A stretch of DNA of 64,000 nt. It comes from Massalongia carnosa (taxonomy: Eukaryota). Where the stretch lies: the NCBI GenBank assembly GCA_965645245.1, contig OZ287072.1, forward strand, positions 310,001 through 374,000. The letters run 5' to 3'. The translations under genes were made by a program, and so were the position numbers. A model generated the notes under the pieces. It was not told the DNA's origin. It was given only the letters and a program-made list of their open reading frames with translations, and did no database searches. Numbering within the stretch: the first letter of the stretch is position 1; each line of letters starts with the position of its first letter. This document shows, piece after piece, positions 38,385 to 51,797 of this stretch.

Positions 38385-39950
38385 ATGGTGAGCATACCTT
38401 TGAGAAGCTTTTGCGTGTGTGCGGAAGCTCACCAAGCATGCAGCCCGAATCAACAACTATCTCCAATACGGAGAATGTGAGTCAAGTGACACTACCTTGT
38501 GGAGACTACGATTGAAGCTGACGATTCACATAGCTGCAAAAATTCCTGAAGCTGGATCAGAAGGGTAAGGTCATGGCAGAATACATCTGGATCGATGGAT
38601 TGAACGGTGTTCGTTCAAAAACCAAGGTTTGTCAACCTCCAATTCTTCATCGCTGCCCTGCTCGAAAGTCTTGCCCCGAAGAATTCAGCTTGCGGTTGAG
38701 TGCAGGTGATAATGGGTTTGCGGTGGCGCTTATCCTGCATCCTGATGAGCCACACAACAGCACCTGCCAGGCTAGCGATTCGCTGTCCTTAAACCATGGA
38801 CACATTTCCCGTCGCATATTTGCCAAAAATAGCTAACATTGCCCCACAGACTTTACCCGGCCCTGTCAAGAGCTACGAAGAACTTTCGGAATGGAACTTC
38901 GATGGCTCATCCACTGGTCAAGCTCCAGGAGATAACTCCGACGTCTACATCCGTCCCTGCGTCATCTTTCCTGACCCCTTCCGTGGTGGAGATAATATTC
39001 TTGTTCTGTGTGAGACCTGGGATCCCGATGGAAGCCCAAACAAATTCAACTACCGTCACGAGGCCGCAAGGTTAATGGAAGCGAACGCTAAGCACGAACC
39101 ATGGTTTGGCCTGGAGCAAGAATATACCCTACTTGGCCCTGACGGCTGGCCATATGGCTGGCCCAAGGGTGGGTACCCTGGCCCTCAAGGACCATACTAT
39201 TGTGCTATTGGAACTGGCAAAGTTTATTGCCGAGATATAGTGGAAGCTCACTACAAGGCTTGTCTCTACGCTGGTATTAAGATTGCTGGTATTAACGCTG
39301 AGGTGATGCCTGCTCAATGGGAATTCCAAGTTGGTCCTTGTGAGGGTATTGAACGTATGTGAAAAATCGACGGTAAATAGATAGACTGGATGAGCTAACC
39401 TGACCACAGTGGGTGATCATCTCTGGATGGCTCGATTCTTGCTCCATCGTGTGGCCGAGGAGTTCGGTGTTGTCATTACCTTCGCACCTAAGCCTATCCC
39501 AGGCGACTGGAATGGCGCCGGCCTACACGCAAATGTCTCCACGGCGGAAATGCGCAAAGATGGTGGGATGAAACACATTGAGGCCGCAATCAAGAAGCTC
39601 GAGAAGCGTCACGAGGAGCATATCGCAGTCTACGGAGAGGGCAACCGTGAACGTCTCACTGGTCTACATGAGACAGGTAACATTGACCAGTTCAGCTGGG
39701 GCGTTGCAGACCGTGGCGCAAGCATTCGCATTCCACGACAATGTGCAAAGGACGGCAAAGGGTATTTCGAGGATAGGCGACCTGCTAGTAACGCCGACCC
39801 ATATCAAATTACCGGCATGATGGTGGAGACCGTGAGTACTTCCTTCTGGTGGTCGAGTTGTTGGCTCCCCCTTAATTTTTCGCCGTGTTGCTGACCTAAT
39901 GACTTCAGATTTTCGGTGGCCTACCGGAGGAGGACTTCTCAAAAACATAA
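38385..39950 (+). CDS. GLN1: Glutamine synthetase (type II), multi-exon
   Basis: The first coding exon is ATG only (38385-38387, then GTGAGC). Motifs: [66 protein letters not shown] and [14 protein letters not shown]. The last exon is [13 protein letters not shown]. Confidence 0.97.
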
Positions 39951-41040
39951 ACAAAGCATGAATGGGGAAGGGTTTCGGAAGAGTTCTTCGAAGACACTTT
40001 TCTCGGAAATCTAGCGTTCTGCGATTTCTTTTTCTCCAATTTCGGCGAAGCATGAAGCATGGGTTTACGATACGCATGTTCCTACGATGACAAATATGTG
40101 AACCACTCATCGAGTATGGGGCTTTGACTACGTTAGTAGCAAGCTAGTTAGCTCCAGCTTGATTGATAGTGGCGCTGGCTGGCATGCTTTGCAGAGTATT
40201 TTGTGTAATAGACAAGGATGTTTGCAGACCATGAGCTGTGAAATCCTCGCCTGATGTTCCTCGCTTTCTTACCTCCCCCACCTCTTCCTGTCCCTCCCCC
40301 GTTCCCACCACCTCTTCCTTTTTTCCCTTCCTTTCCCTGCTCTCCAAAACCCCGTGACGACAAAGGGATACCTTCTCTCCAGCACCGGCAGTGCTAGCGT
40401 TGAGTGGGTAGACTTCGTGTATCTACCACAATATTCACTGATATACAAGTTCGCGAGAATCTACCTGATTATGCCGAGGCCGATTTGGGGGCTTGCTCAG
40501 GGCCTTATTTATTATGTATAGATATATCGAGAGAATATTCAGGTGAGATGTGTGATTTGAGTTTTGAAGCGCAGGGGATTATTGTTCATTGAGAAATATT
40601 TTTGGGGTTTTTTAAATCGGCTTTGAATTAATGAAATGATTTCTTGCAGAATCTGGTGAATAATGCTGTGATTAGATGTTTTATATATGAAACTGATTAC
40701 TGCATACATAGTTTGGCTTCCGTTTTGGGTTTAGTTTTTCAAAACCGAGAAGATGATACTGAATCTTTTTTAATTCTCGTTCGAGTACTTACATAGAGGT
40801 GTTGTGAGGGTATAAAGTACGATGAGCAAAGTTTACATGTCACTGTTAGTTTTACAGCCATTGAAAAAAGCCTCAAAGTGTTGACCACGTCTTGTTGTAC
40901 ACTCGTTCCTGTCAAAAACCGTACCCTATTTTTCTCATCTAAGCTTTCATCATAACATTCGCTGGAGTCAGCTTTCCTACAAATCTTTATAATTCTTTCC
41001 AATCCCCTTGTTTTGCTCATCTTCATTTACTTGCATCAAT

Positions 41041-43323
41041 ATGTCAACACCAGCATCGACTCCCCTCCCACCGCCTCTAAAACCTCCCATCAATGCAGCC
41101 CTCACCCCGTCCGCCCCCTCTCCTGCGGCCGCGTCTCTAGCAGCCGGAAACATCCGCTCCGCCCCTTCTCCCGCCTACCTCTCATCTCTATCTTCCAAGG
41201 CTATGCGCTCACCACAAGCAACGCGATCCCCACAGACCACCCGGTCACCGCACCCTAACAAGTCCCCTCGCACTACCAACGCCAGATCACCGTACCTGCA
41301 GAACGCGCTCTCGCAGGTTTTCAGCGGGAGCAACACGCCTAAACTAGGCGTTGGCAGTGTGAGCTCGCCTGCTGCTGCTGGGGCGTTGGGGCTGGGGGGG
41401 ATTGGCATGAACACAGGAATGACGCCGATAGGAACTGGAGTTGAAAGTTCGGGAGCTGTGGAGGGCTCCCTGAATGGGAGTTTGGGGCTACACGCAAGAG
41501 ATCAGGATGAGGAAAGGCGGAGACGGATAGAGGAGATTGTGGCGCTGCTGGGGAGGCGGTGGGGGAGGGTGAGCCAAGAGGGCGTGGAGAGGTGCGCACG
41601 GAGGGTTGGATTGGAGTGGATGTGGGAAGAAGAAGCCGGAGGAAAGAGAACGCTGAGTATTGCCGGCAGCGGTGTGTTAGTTGATGTTGGTTTTTTAGGG
41701 GAGGAGATTGAGGCCGTGGTATTGAGTTTTCCGGCTAGCGGGGAGGGGGTAGGAAAGATGGCTGAAAAGGGAGCGAGGGTCTTGAAGAGGGATTTGAAAA
41801 GCGAAGGGGATGGGTATGTCATGTTGGACGCATTTACGGGGAATCTGGAGAGGTTGGCGAAGATGGATCAGCTGGGTGGCGGTGTGGTAAGCTGTTTTGA
41901 TGCAGTCGAGGGTGTTTATGGGTGCTTGAAACAGGTGTTCGAGTGGGAGGTCGAGAAGTCGAGACAAGGGAAGGGCGGCGGCTACAGCGAGGAAGCGGCG
42001 TTGAGAAGAGAGGTTATGTGCAAAGGCAGCGGAAGACCGCAAATGCACGTTGGTGGACGCGTCGGTTTCGCTTTGCAGTACTGGCAGGAAAGACGACTGG
42101 TGCCGGGGCGAAAGCGGAAGGCAGAGGAGATGGATATTGTCGGTAGGCCCGAAGACGATGAGCTTGACGAACACCCGGACTCGAAGATCTACTCGGCCGT
42201 CATCGAGTGTGAAGCTTTGCCTTCACAACTCTACCCGCCAATCCGTGTATCCCACCAATGGGTATCAGCGCAGATTGAAAAACCACCCTTGCTCAACCCG
42301 AATCCATTTTCCCTGCTCACCGACTCCCCTATCGACTGGCTGGAACCGCCTCCAACTCTCCTTGCTTCTTCGCCCAGCGCCCTACCCAACGGCATCGCTC
42401 TTGATCATAATCCCCTCCTTCCTCCCAAATCCCTCGATATTCGCTTCATCGCTCACTTCGAGCCCCCCGTCATAGTTTCCCTGCAAGCGGCCCTTGATAT
42501 CTACGAAAGCGTTGGCGAGCCGATCGCTCAAGAATCGATTCAGGCCACAACCTACGAATCCTTACTCTTCGCTGACGTGGATCAGACCTCGTCATCACCT
42601 ATACCTTCACCTTCACAGCAGACACCTCGAAACCCCCTCGAAGAACGCTCTCTCGTCAAAATAATAACGTCTTACCCCCCTGCCGGCCCCCCATTACAAA
42701 AGAAGCATAGATGTACTCTCTTTAACCCCCAACAAGCCTACGCCCGAACAATCACCCACATTCCCTTCTCCCACCCCCGGCAGCTCGTCGCCATTCTACC
42801 TATTCTGCGGCAATGGGCGCTGCTAGGCGCCATCTTACGGCGCTGCTTTGCCCCGCCCTTTGCAAACGCCACGTCTCCTAGCAGCAATTCCCACTTCAAC
42901 AGCACCATCTCCGATCTTTCTTCCTCGGGGGACAATGACAACGACCAGAGCGAAGGATTATCCCAAACAAGCACCCCGACAGCATTCTCTACCCTAGACG
43001 AAGAGCTCGACGCCCTTCTCTCCCCCACGCCACCTCCTTCTGAACTTCACCCGCCCCTCGCAATCGACATTTCCCTCTCCCTGAATCCATCTCCGCCACG
43101 GCTGGGTATCCTTTGCGAGCTCCCCACCGGTAGGCTGCGCAATCTGTCTTTTACGATCGGCCTCAATGGTGCTGTGGGGCTGCTCGAGGATGGCGAAGTG
43201 GACGTGGCAGAGGAGGAGAAAAGGGAGACGGAACGCGCGCGGCGGGTGTTGGAGATTGGCGAGTGTGTGGGAATTTTGGCGGCTTGGATGGGGGGCGCCG
43301 GGAGGGAGGAAGAGGGTCTCTGA
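41041..43323 (+). CDS. MED1: Mediator of RNA polymerase II transcription subunit 1
   Basis: Long intronless ORF with GRVSQEGVER, LSIAGSGVLVDV, FTGNLERLAKMD, GRPQMH, YPPIRVS..W and IPFSHPRQLVAILPILRQW. Confidence 0.85.
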   Translation: MSTPASTPLPPPLKPPINAALTPSAPSPAAASLAAGNIRSAPSPAYLSSLSSKAMRSPQATRSPQTTRSPHPNKSPRTTNARSPYLQNALSQVFSGSNTPKLGVGSVSSPAAAGALGLGGIGMNTGMTPIGTGVESSGAVEGSLNGSLGLHARDQDEERRRRIEEIVALLGRRWGRVSQEGVERCARRVGLEWMWEEEAGGKRTLSIAGSGVLVDVGFLGEEIEAVVLSFPASGEGVGKMAEKGARVLKRDLKSEGDGYVMLDAFTGNLERLAKMDQLGGGVVSCFDAVEGVYGCLKQVFEWEVEKSRQGKGGGYSEEAALRREVMCKGSGRPQMHVGGRVGFALQYWQERRLVPGRKRKAEEMDIVGRPEDDELDEHPDSKIYSAVIECEALPSQLYPPIRVSHQWVSAQIEKPPLLNPNPFSLLTDSPIDWLEPPPTLLASSPSALPNGIALDHNPLLPPKSLDIRFIAHFEPPVIVSLQAALDIYESVGEPIAQESIQATTYESLLFADVDQTSSSPIPSPSQQTPRNPLEERSLVKIITSYPPAGPPLQKKHRCTLFNPQQAYARTITHIPFSHPRQLVAILPILRQWALLGAILRRCFAPPFANATSPSSNSHFNSTISDLSSSGDNDNDQSEGLSQTSTPTAFSTLDEELDALLSPTPPPSELHPPLAIDISLSLNPSPPRLGILCELPTGRLRNLSFTIGLNGAVGLLEDGEVDVAEEEKRETERARRVLEIGECVGILAAWMGGAGREEEGL

Positions 43324-45906
43324 GAGATGTACATTTCATTTTTCCGAAGTTTTGACGACTGCTGCTTTGAAAATGTACAGTCGGCCCGGAAAAATGAATG
43401 GACGTGACAGCTAGCGTTTCTTCTATGTCCCTCGTTGTGCGCAGCGGGATGTATAGGAACAATCTTGGCTAAGGATGGATAGGTTTGGCACCAGGGGTGG
43501 GAAACCAGGGAAGGACAATGAGAAAAGGTAAAACGGATAGGGAAGTACTTGGTTATATCATCTACCCCATCCTCCGTCGGCGCGGAGATCGAGCCTAGTT
43601 TTGAGAAATAGGAGGATTCCTGAAATGTTATAATAATAATAATAATGATAATAGGGGAGGGGAGGGGGTGTTTATTGACTTGAAACCGATCTTCTTTTTT
43701 TTCTTCATTTTCTTTCCTCATATGCTTTGCGTTGCGTTGTGCTTAGATTATATACCTAACTATCCTCGGATACGTACCTAGGTAACCTATAACGCTCGGC
43801 CCCGTGCGGATTAGGTTATCGATTGGCCTGCTAGAGGTCAGAAATCTCTACGTGGTGCAGGCCATCAACACCTTCTCGGAGGTGGTCAATATCTGATCAT
43901 CGCCAACGCGGAAGCCCACCTCGGTGGCCGTTTGAATGATCAACGTCTCTACTGATCATTCACCACTTCGAAGGCATACAAAGCCCATTCATTCGGAATG
44001 GCCACTCTTCCATACTTTCATTTATAACGACACCATGATCTGCCCTCGATCACGGCCCGTCTTTTCTTCATTGAACCAAAACGGTTAAAAAGAGAGACGT
44101 TCGTCGAACGTGTGGAGATACACTATCTAGTTCATCAAGTCTGCAGGATTCCTAGCCCTTGAAGATCTGGGTGCAAGCACCGCCGTGGTATAGGAACGTT
44201 TTCGAAACGTTCAATATGGATTTAGAGAGAGGTTTTTACCCTGAGGATCAGCTTTCCACTTCCTGACTGTTGTTTATGTGCATAAATAGCAGTCACAGCG
44301 TTATATCCTTAGAATACATGCGCTTAATCAGTTAATAAGAAGGTTAGCGATTAGAGTACTTATGTATGTTCGTATCTTATCTATTTTGCGTATATATTTT
44401 GTGTATGTATTTTGTTTCAAGGTGTATGTTTAGGTAAAAGGTTCGGTTCGGTTCGGTTCGCGTTTTTTTCGTTTTTTAAAAGCCAATGAGCGAGTGAGAC
44501 TGAATAAATGACGGATGTATGTAGGTAGGTAGGCATCCGTTTCTCCTTTTATTCTCTCCCAACAATTTCAACACTTTCATTTCTCTCTCTCTCTCTTTTT
44601 GCCTGCTAAGTGTAGAGCACTAGTTGACCGGTAATAGTTGGATAGTTGGTCAGTTTGTCAGTTAGGCAGGTAGTAAGGCAGGCAGGTAATCAATCAGCAT
44701 TATTCAAATATATATTTACTTTTTAAATATAAAAAGTTGGGTGGCACTGAGTGGTGTTTGATCTTCCTGATCACTGGTGTTTTTGTGTATGTTTGATATA
44801 TTCCGTACTTTCTCATTCTTCACCCCACTCAGGATATATAGAGATATCCGTTTAGTTCTTCTACGCTAAACCCATCCTCCCCCCTTTTATGGACAGAGAT
44901 GCCCGTCAGAGACAAAGAAGAGCGGCTTCCCAAGAACTCGCACCGGCATGAACCCCTTATCCGTAAACAGCCCGAGCCGTCGGCAGAGAAAGCAGAGAAA
45001 GCTAGAGACGTTGCAGAAGCTATGCATCGAAGACTGGCTGGAATACCGCTGCATAGGGCGATCGGACATTACCTAGGACGCTTTATCCGGCGATATATAT
45101 ATCCTCGGTTCGTGCACCATCAGCTCCACGTTCCAATTCCCGTGGAGGTGCGGCTGCTACGGTCCTGTTGGGGGCCTATCATGGGGCCCTCGAGCTTTCC
45201 TAGGCCCATTAGGATGCCACTTGTTACCTGACATTAGCTGAATTGGCTTTTTGTCGACTTCCATCGGCCTTGCCCGTTGATTCCATCTTCATCCTTTCAG
45301 CCACCATTTCCAGCCTCCGCTTACAGCGTCTTGGCCTTCCCCGATTACGTTCGCTACCACCTTCGACTTAGCCTCTATCGCCTCTATCGTCGCTAAGAAT
45401 AAGTTTCTCAAGGATTTTCTCGGAGACCCACTCAGCTGAGCGTACCCCCACCCCCGGCCGCTCAATCCATCCAGTCTCCCAACAATGCCCACTAGTCAGG
45501 TATTACCCCATTTTCGATTTGGATGAAATCGCAGCGCCTAACACGGCATGAGTGTGGTTTCCTTGCTGCAGGGGCTCCTGCTAGCCTTGCGTTGATAGGT
45601 GGCATGATGACGGCGGGCATGGACTGTTTTGCTGGTGAGTCAGCTGCTTAGTTGTCGCTCTGAGATTGTGTCACACTATCCTCAAGCTGGTAACCGTGGC
45701 CTTCGTGTCTTGTTCCTGTGAGTATCCTCGCTCCTTCTGCAAACATGTGGGCTAGGGGAATGTAGCGCTTTTTAATGCATCAAAACTCATACGACTGACC
45801 AGGTCTCTCGAGACTAATGAGTCTGGTCCTGTGTGCAAAAGCAAGATATCGAGTCCGCTGCTGACCTCACCACCGTTAGTTTCATGCACCATCTTGCCCG
45901 TCCTCT

Positions 45907-47203
45907 TCAATCCACACCCACTTCCTCAACTCCAGCAAAGATAATTCCCTCTCTAATCCAGAACGTCAGCCAGCCCCCGAAATCGTTTTCCCAAACCCTC
46001 ACAGCCTCCTTCACCTCCTCTCTCCAAACCCCACTCATCCACCAATTAACCCATCCTCTCTGCTCCCCCCTCTCCACCACCCCCTGCCTCATTGCCCTTT
46101 CCACCTCAGCCTCCTGTGCGCTGATTCCGAGAGGGAATTTTGGCACGAAGACTCGCTCTATAACTAGCTGTATAGTGACAAACGAATTCCAAGCTGCAGG
46201 CGTGCTTGGCCGCAGCACGTGGTGATTTTCGATAGAGGAAGGGGTAGCGAAAGAAAATGTGGTGGCTATGACAGGGCAGGAAAAGGTATGTTGGAGGGAG
46301 CGAAGGGCGGAGATTAAAGCGTGGTAGGTCTGAATGGAGGGTTTCATACCGACAGGAAGCGGCTCGGAAGATTGTCCGGGGATCTCCGTATCCCGGAGAC
46401 GGTCTTGCCAGTAGAAAGCCGTAAGGTCGGAGAGGATGATGGCGCCAATGGGGCGACCGGCGGAGAAGTGCGCAAAAGGTTGAACAAGGAAGTAATTAGG
46501 CAAGGATGCCAGAGTAGCGAGGAGGGAGGCTGAGGTTTGGGGATGAAAGATGTGCAGGTGGAGTAGCGAGTCGCGAATCAGAGCTGTAAGTTCGGGTTGC
46601 GAAAGAGTTGGTGATGCGGAGAGCGCGAGGCAGGAGGCGATATGAGCGGCTATTACATCCCGAAGGCGCAGAATCGAGATCTTATTCGACAAGTCAAGGA
46701 GAACTACGGCGGCGGACTTGCCGTGCAGGGGGGTTGTGGTGGTAGTGGTAGCAATAGTAGCGGGGAGGAGCGCAAGAGTGATGATCTGGTAGAGCAGCTG
46801 CGTCTTTCCTGCGCAGGCAGAGGTACTCGTCAGCTCCAGCACCGGAAGAGGGAGTTCCCTGACGGAATCATGCTGCTGTGAATTGGGTATTGTCCGGCGG
46901 ATGTGAAATTGCTGATATTGTTGTCCTGCTTGGAATATTTGCAGGAGCCGATCGAGCTGCGGGACAGCGGTTGGGGGTGGGTGGGAGGACGGCGGGAGGT
47001 ATTGCAGGGAGTGGAGGAGCTGGGGGAGCGGGTTAGCTTTTGTGTATATATGTGGGGTTGTGAGGTTATTAAAAAATCTATTCTAAATAGAGAGAGCGGA
47101 ACGGAGGAGAGAGGTATTTATGTAGATAGGGAAAACATACCTCATCCAAACCCTCCTCCTTTATCTCTACCAGGAGATTCCCTCCCAACGTCTCCGCGCT
47201 CAT
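45907..47203 (-). CDS. Rad51 paralogue, XRCC2-like
   Basis: Exon 1 MSAETLGGNLLVEIKEEGLDE|GTATGT at 47203. Exon 2 is open into LELTSTSACAGKTQLL (Walker A), VVLLDL, LHIFHPQTS and IILSDLTAFYWQDR. Confidence 0.75.
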
Positions 47204-47496
47204 TGGATTTGTTTTTTGAAACCTTCCCCCCCGCCGAAAATCTCCAAAAAAAAAAAAGCAACCAGCCTAAGTATGTATCACAACCAATGAATCCCACTCT
47301 TCTAAGGATCCTGTCGTCCAACCCGCTCTCTTTTCCTCTCTCTCAAAACCCAAACTACCAAATCCCACTATCAAAAATCATATCCCAAGCCACGGCCTCT
47401 CTTCCAGCGTACACAACTAGGTAGTCTGGAAGGACGGGGGAAAAAAACTCCCCGAAAAAAAAGAACCCCCACCCTCTTTCCAAACAACTGCAAAAG

Positions 47497-47976
47497 ATGG
47501 CCCCACCACTCGAATCGTTCCCCACGACGCAGCTCGAACACCGGATCCAAACACGACCGACGGGGCGATTGCGTAAAGGCCCCCCGGTCCGACTGGCGGA
47601 GTGCGCCCTGATGGAACTGGTGCAGTATGCGTGCGGGCTTGATGAAAGAAAGGGGGAGGGGGCCGGGGATGGGAATGTGAGGGAAGAAGGGAGAGAGAGG
47701 AAGGGGGCCGGCGCGTCGATGACGATCAGGTGCGAGCCGATTGTGCGATTATTTCGACGGTACGGTATGGGAGGGATTGGGGGGGGAGTTTTTTTTTTTG
47801 GCGGGTTTTATTTATTTTGATGGGGGATTTGTGATTTAATTGGGATGGCTGACGAGTGGTAACAAATAGGTGCGCAGAAGGGGTTTTGGTGGAGACGACT
47901 GGGTGGGAAGGGAAAGGGGGGTAGGTTGCGGGCTTGGGCGACTGGGTATTGGAACCGGGGGGTTTGGGAGGATTGA
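47497..47976 (+). CDS. SOM1: Mitochondrial inner-membrane peptidase accessory subunit Som1
   Basis: MAPP...CALMELVQYAC...CEPIVRLFRR/C...VETTGWE across one intron. TGA at 47974-47976. Confidence 0.8.
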
Positions 47977-48334
47977 AGAGCTTCGGTCGGTGAGAAAAGG
48001 AGCATTAGACACATAGTTATCTGTGCACGTCCGATTATGGATTCACGCGAGATATGTATTCGCAGATGCAACCGTCTACCTATCTAGAAAAGGGCCTTCT
48101 CGGCCCCGTGAGTTGCAGCTGAACCGGTTTCGATCCAAAACAAAAAAATAAAGGGGAAAAACTATGAAGAAAAAGGGCTGCCTGAGGGTATCATAAATGC
48201 AGACAGAGAACACCTTTCCCCAAACTCCGACAAGGCGCTTTCCCATGGTAATAAGATGACGAGTATTTCCCCTTCTAAACATGTGTTGCCCCACCCTCTC
48301 GCTTCCGTAAGATTAAGATCGCAGTTCATTCCCC

Positions 48335-49385
48335 TCAGGGAACTTCTTTGACCGAGCTGTCGCCCCTCGCCGCGTGCGTCGTAGAGCTTTGCCTCCAATA
48401 CCTCTTGTCTGCGTTCACGGCGAAGCTCAGATGCCCTTTCCCCACTGTTTGGTTGCCAAGCTCTTGCTCCTTCAACTTGCCGCTGCGAACCTGATGGTCA
48501 TCACTGAGCTCTAGGCGTGGGTCGGAGTCCTGGCTCACGGCTAACATGGTCTCCCTCCACAGCTGATCTCTCATGGCGCGTACATTTTTCGGCGCAGATC
48601 GGGTCTGTGACGTCGCCTTGCTAATATGGTCTGATCCAGCGCCTAAGAACCTCCTCAACGCCTCCTCCCCTAATCGCCCTTCCTCCGTAAGAAGTTCGCG
48701 CATCTTCCGCGGGTCTTTCTCGCGGTGGGGGATCTCCGGCGTTGCTTTGTAAGTATGAGTGCTCGGGAAAGGCGGGAAATGCCGTGGGATGTAGGGTTTC
48801 GAACAGGCATCTGATATGCCGATCAAGGTTGCGCCTAGAAAAGGCTGTGTTTTGGCTGTTTCTAGTTCTACCTCTAGACCGATCTGCGATCGTGATGGTA
48901 GCACAGGAGGATCAAGATGTGGGATCAGCGATGTCAATGACAGTTGATGCGCATGGAGGCTGTGGAGGAAGTCTTGAGGGATGGGTTGTGTGCGCCGGCA
49001 GGAGAGCATAGATTGGCGCACCGTTGCTAAGAAGTGGGTCATATCTAGCCAGCGTCAGCGCCAGAGCTCCGCTTGCATCTAGCCTCAATACGAGTGAGCC
49101 CATACATTCCTCGACTTCGGCGCGAAAGCTCTCCATCGCAACTGGTTCAGCGGCTTCAAACCCAACGGCGTCCAGCGCCAAGCCGATCGAACGAGTAAGT
49201 AGCGACTGAAGGACTTCCCCATCTTGGCAAGGCGCATCAAATCGCCTGGAACTATTAGAGTCCCAAATAGGTTTGTGGTGTTGCAAAAGGCCCAGATTGC
49301 GCCTTTTAGCTACAGAAGTCTCAAATTCTGCTGTACTTGATGTTCGTTTCGACGAAGGCGGATTTTCGATCGCCATCGGAGCCAT
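48335..49385 (-). CDS. TAF8: TFIID subunit 8 (histone-fold Bromo_TP plus TAF8_C domain)
   Basis: LLTRSIGLALDAVGF...ESFRAEVEE, an intron, then SCRRTQPIPQDF, YIPRHFPPFPSTHTYKATP and EEGRLGEEALRR. Confidence 0.9.
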
Positions 49386-49717
49386 CAAAGGTGAAGGATA
49401 ACGAACAGAGTTGGAAGCATCTGGCCGAGAGCTCCATTTTCATGACATAGTTGTGTAGGGTTCCTATTGTACCTATTGGAGAGGTGGCAGACCAAAACTG
49501 ATTAGATGCACTGTATGAGGTAGGAAAACTTCAACATCAAAGGTGTTTGCGGATTAGTCAGCAAAGTATTCTGCGTCATATAATTTTCACGCCACATACC
49601 TTTTATTTTCAATCAATCACTAACACTGTCACCAGATCATCAGGATCTTCATTCTCTTGTCATCCCATAGGATCTTAACTCTTCTAGTCTGAGCTACATT
49701 GCATAGGTCTTGTCATT

Positions 49718-50712
49718 ATGGCTGAAGTTGTACGTGTCGCTCTCCTCAATCCATACTGTAAATATTTCTCTCACAATCACTAACATTCAGCTTTTTCATG
49801 CCCTAGTCTTCACACAAACAGTCCAAGAGTGTTTCATTTGCAGAAAATGATACTCCAGCAGCGCCCGAACCAACGGGTTCCTCTGAGCCCTCGAAGACCA
49901 CTGAGCAAAAAGTAGATGAAGTTACAGATATGTTCAAAGGTTTAGCGAAGAAGAAAAAAGTCAAAAAGACCGAGAAGAAGTCCTCAAAGGCATCCGAGGC
50001 TACAGATTTTGACGCCAAGTTAGCCGAAGCGGGCGCGGACAAAGGTGGCGAAGAAAAAGTGGAGGAGGAGGAATCTATTGAAGGAGATCTGGAGAAAGGA
50101 ACCGGCATCTGGCACCATGATGCGACCCAAGATTTGAAATACCCTCAGCTGCTCGAGAGATTTTTTCAAATTCTCACTAACAACCATCCGGATCTGATGT
50201 CGAATGGTGTTAAGAGCTACAAGATTCCACCCCCTCAGTGCCTTCGAGAAGGCAATAAGAAAACAATATTTGCCAACATCGCCGAGATATGCAAACGGAT
50301 GAAGCGTAGCGACGAGCACGTAACTAGCTATCTATTTGCCGAACTGGGGACAAGTGGGAGTGTTGACGGATCGAGGCGGCTGGTCATCAAGGGCCGTTTC
50401 CAACAAAAGGTGAATTATCGTCCCAAGGTTTCTTTGATTCCAGCTAACGATACCTCTCAGCAAATTGAAAATGTCCTGCGTAGATACATCGGTACGTATG
50501 AGCGAAACCTGAATAGCTGGTGCACAGTTAACACGATCTCAGTGGAATATGTGACCTGCAAAACCTGCCGTTCGCCCGATACGGAACTTAACAAAGGGGA
50601 GAACCGGCTGTATTTTGTGACATGCAATTCCTGTGGCAGTCGACGTAGCGTCACAGCCATTAAGACTGGGTTCTCGGCACAGATTGGGAAGCGCAAAAGG
50701 CAGCAGGCATAA
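49718..50712 (+). CDS. SUI3: Translation initiation factor eIF2 beta subunit
   Basis: Lys box [36 protein letters not shown] and zinc ribbon CKTC...CNSC. Short first exon MAEV|GTACGT. Confidence 0.96.
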
Positions 50713-51797
50713 GCGAGTTGCTTCGTTTGCACGCAGCAGGCGATCTGGGGAACAGAAGTTGCAATTGAGGCTTCCTAGCTCGATACGGGGCAGGAAAAGG
50801 CAGGGGGCTTAGTGCATTAGTCTTTCCAGGCGGATAACACGCTACATGTACGAACTTTCCGAATTAAAGGAGCAACGGCATGAATTCACTTTTCGGGTTT
50901 TCCGTTGCATGATCAGTTGACATAATCTATCCTCACAAGTTTATCCTACCTTCGTAACTGGTTCCAGCGGTCCTTCGTTGGCATTATTTGGAAATTGGTA
51001 CCGATCACCGAGCCTGATGTTGTACTACTTGACCCGGTTGATCTTTCATGATCTCATGGTCTCATGGTCTCAGTAGAGGTTATTTTTACGATCAGAACCC
51101 AATAGCTTCATGCGACTCAATGCAGGAATCATGTGTTTATATTGCTCTCATAGCATGGAGCAACGAGGGCTACATTACGCCAATAGAGCAACGGCTTTGG
51201 GGAGCAAAGGAGTATTGTGATAGAATTTGGACGTACCTAAGCGCCGAGCCCTAAACAACCGCCAAGAATGATGCCTGAGCCAACCTTCCCAGCTTGTCCA
51301 GCCAATAAATGCTCCCAATGTTCTTTGCCGCGGCTGATGTATAAGCACCTTGTTTACATGTAGTGTAGCATGTAGCGTGCACAGTGTAGAGTACAGAGTA
51401 TCTTGGGTATCTTGTGTTGCTACTGTATGTACGGCAAGGTCTGTAGATAGAACGCAAAAGCCTTTCGCTTTTTATAGACTTCGGAATGAAAGCTACTTTC
51501 TCTTGACTCGGCCGATCAAGTGGAAATTTATACGAGAAGCTCTGCCCTCCCTCTCCTCTCTCTTCTGGTCAACGGTTCGTCAGCTCTCTATTGATTTCCG
51601 ATCTCGGATTTAACATCATCAGTGGATTACTCTGCGGTATTCCGAATAGATACCTATTTTAGCCTTAGTGCGGCCTAACGGTAGATCTTTGGAAGAGAAT
51701 TCCATTCTCTCCAGTTCCATTCCAATATTTGATCTCAAACGCAGTTAAACAGTCAGCGTTGGGAAAGGGGAAAGTTTTTGCGGGTGCTTCGTACGGA

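Noticed and set aside
38655..38755. CTGATGA and GAAA in the GS intron suggesting a hammerhead ribozyme
   Set aside because: The required stem II and stem III pairings around the core cannot be formed.
43760..45800. Short ORFs (for example 44899-45231) and simple repeats between MED1 and the XRCC2-like gene
   Set aside because: There are no recognisable domains, TIRs or LTRs. It may be a decayed relic but cannot be supported.
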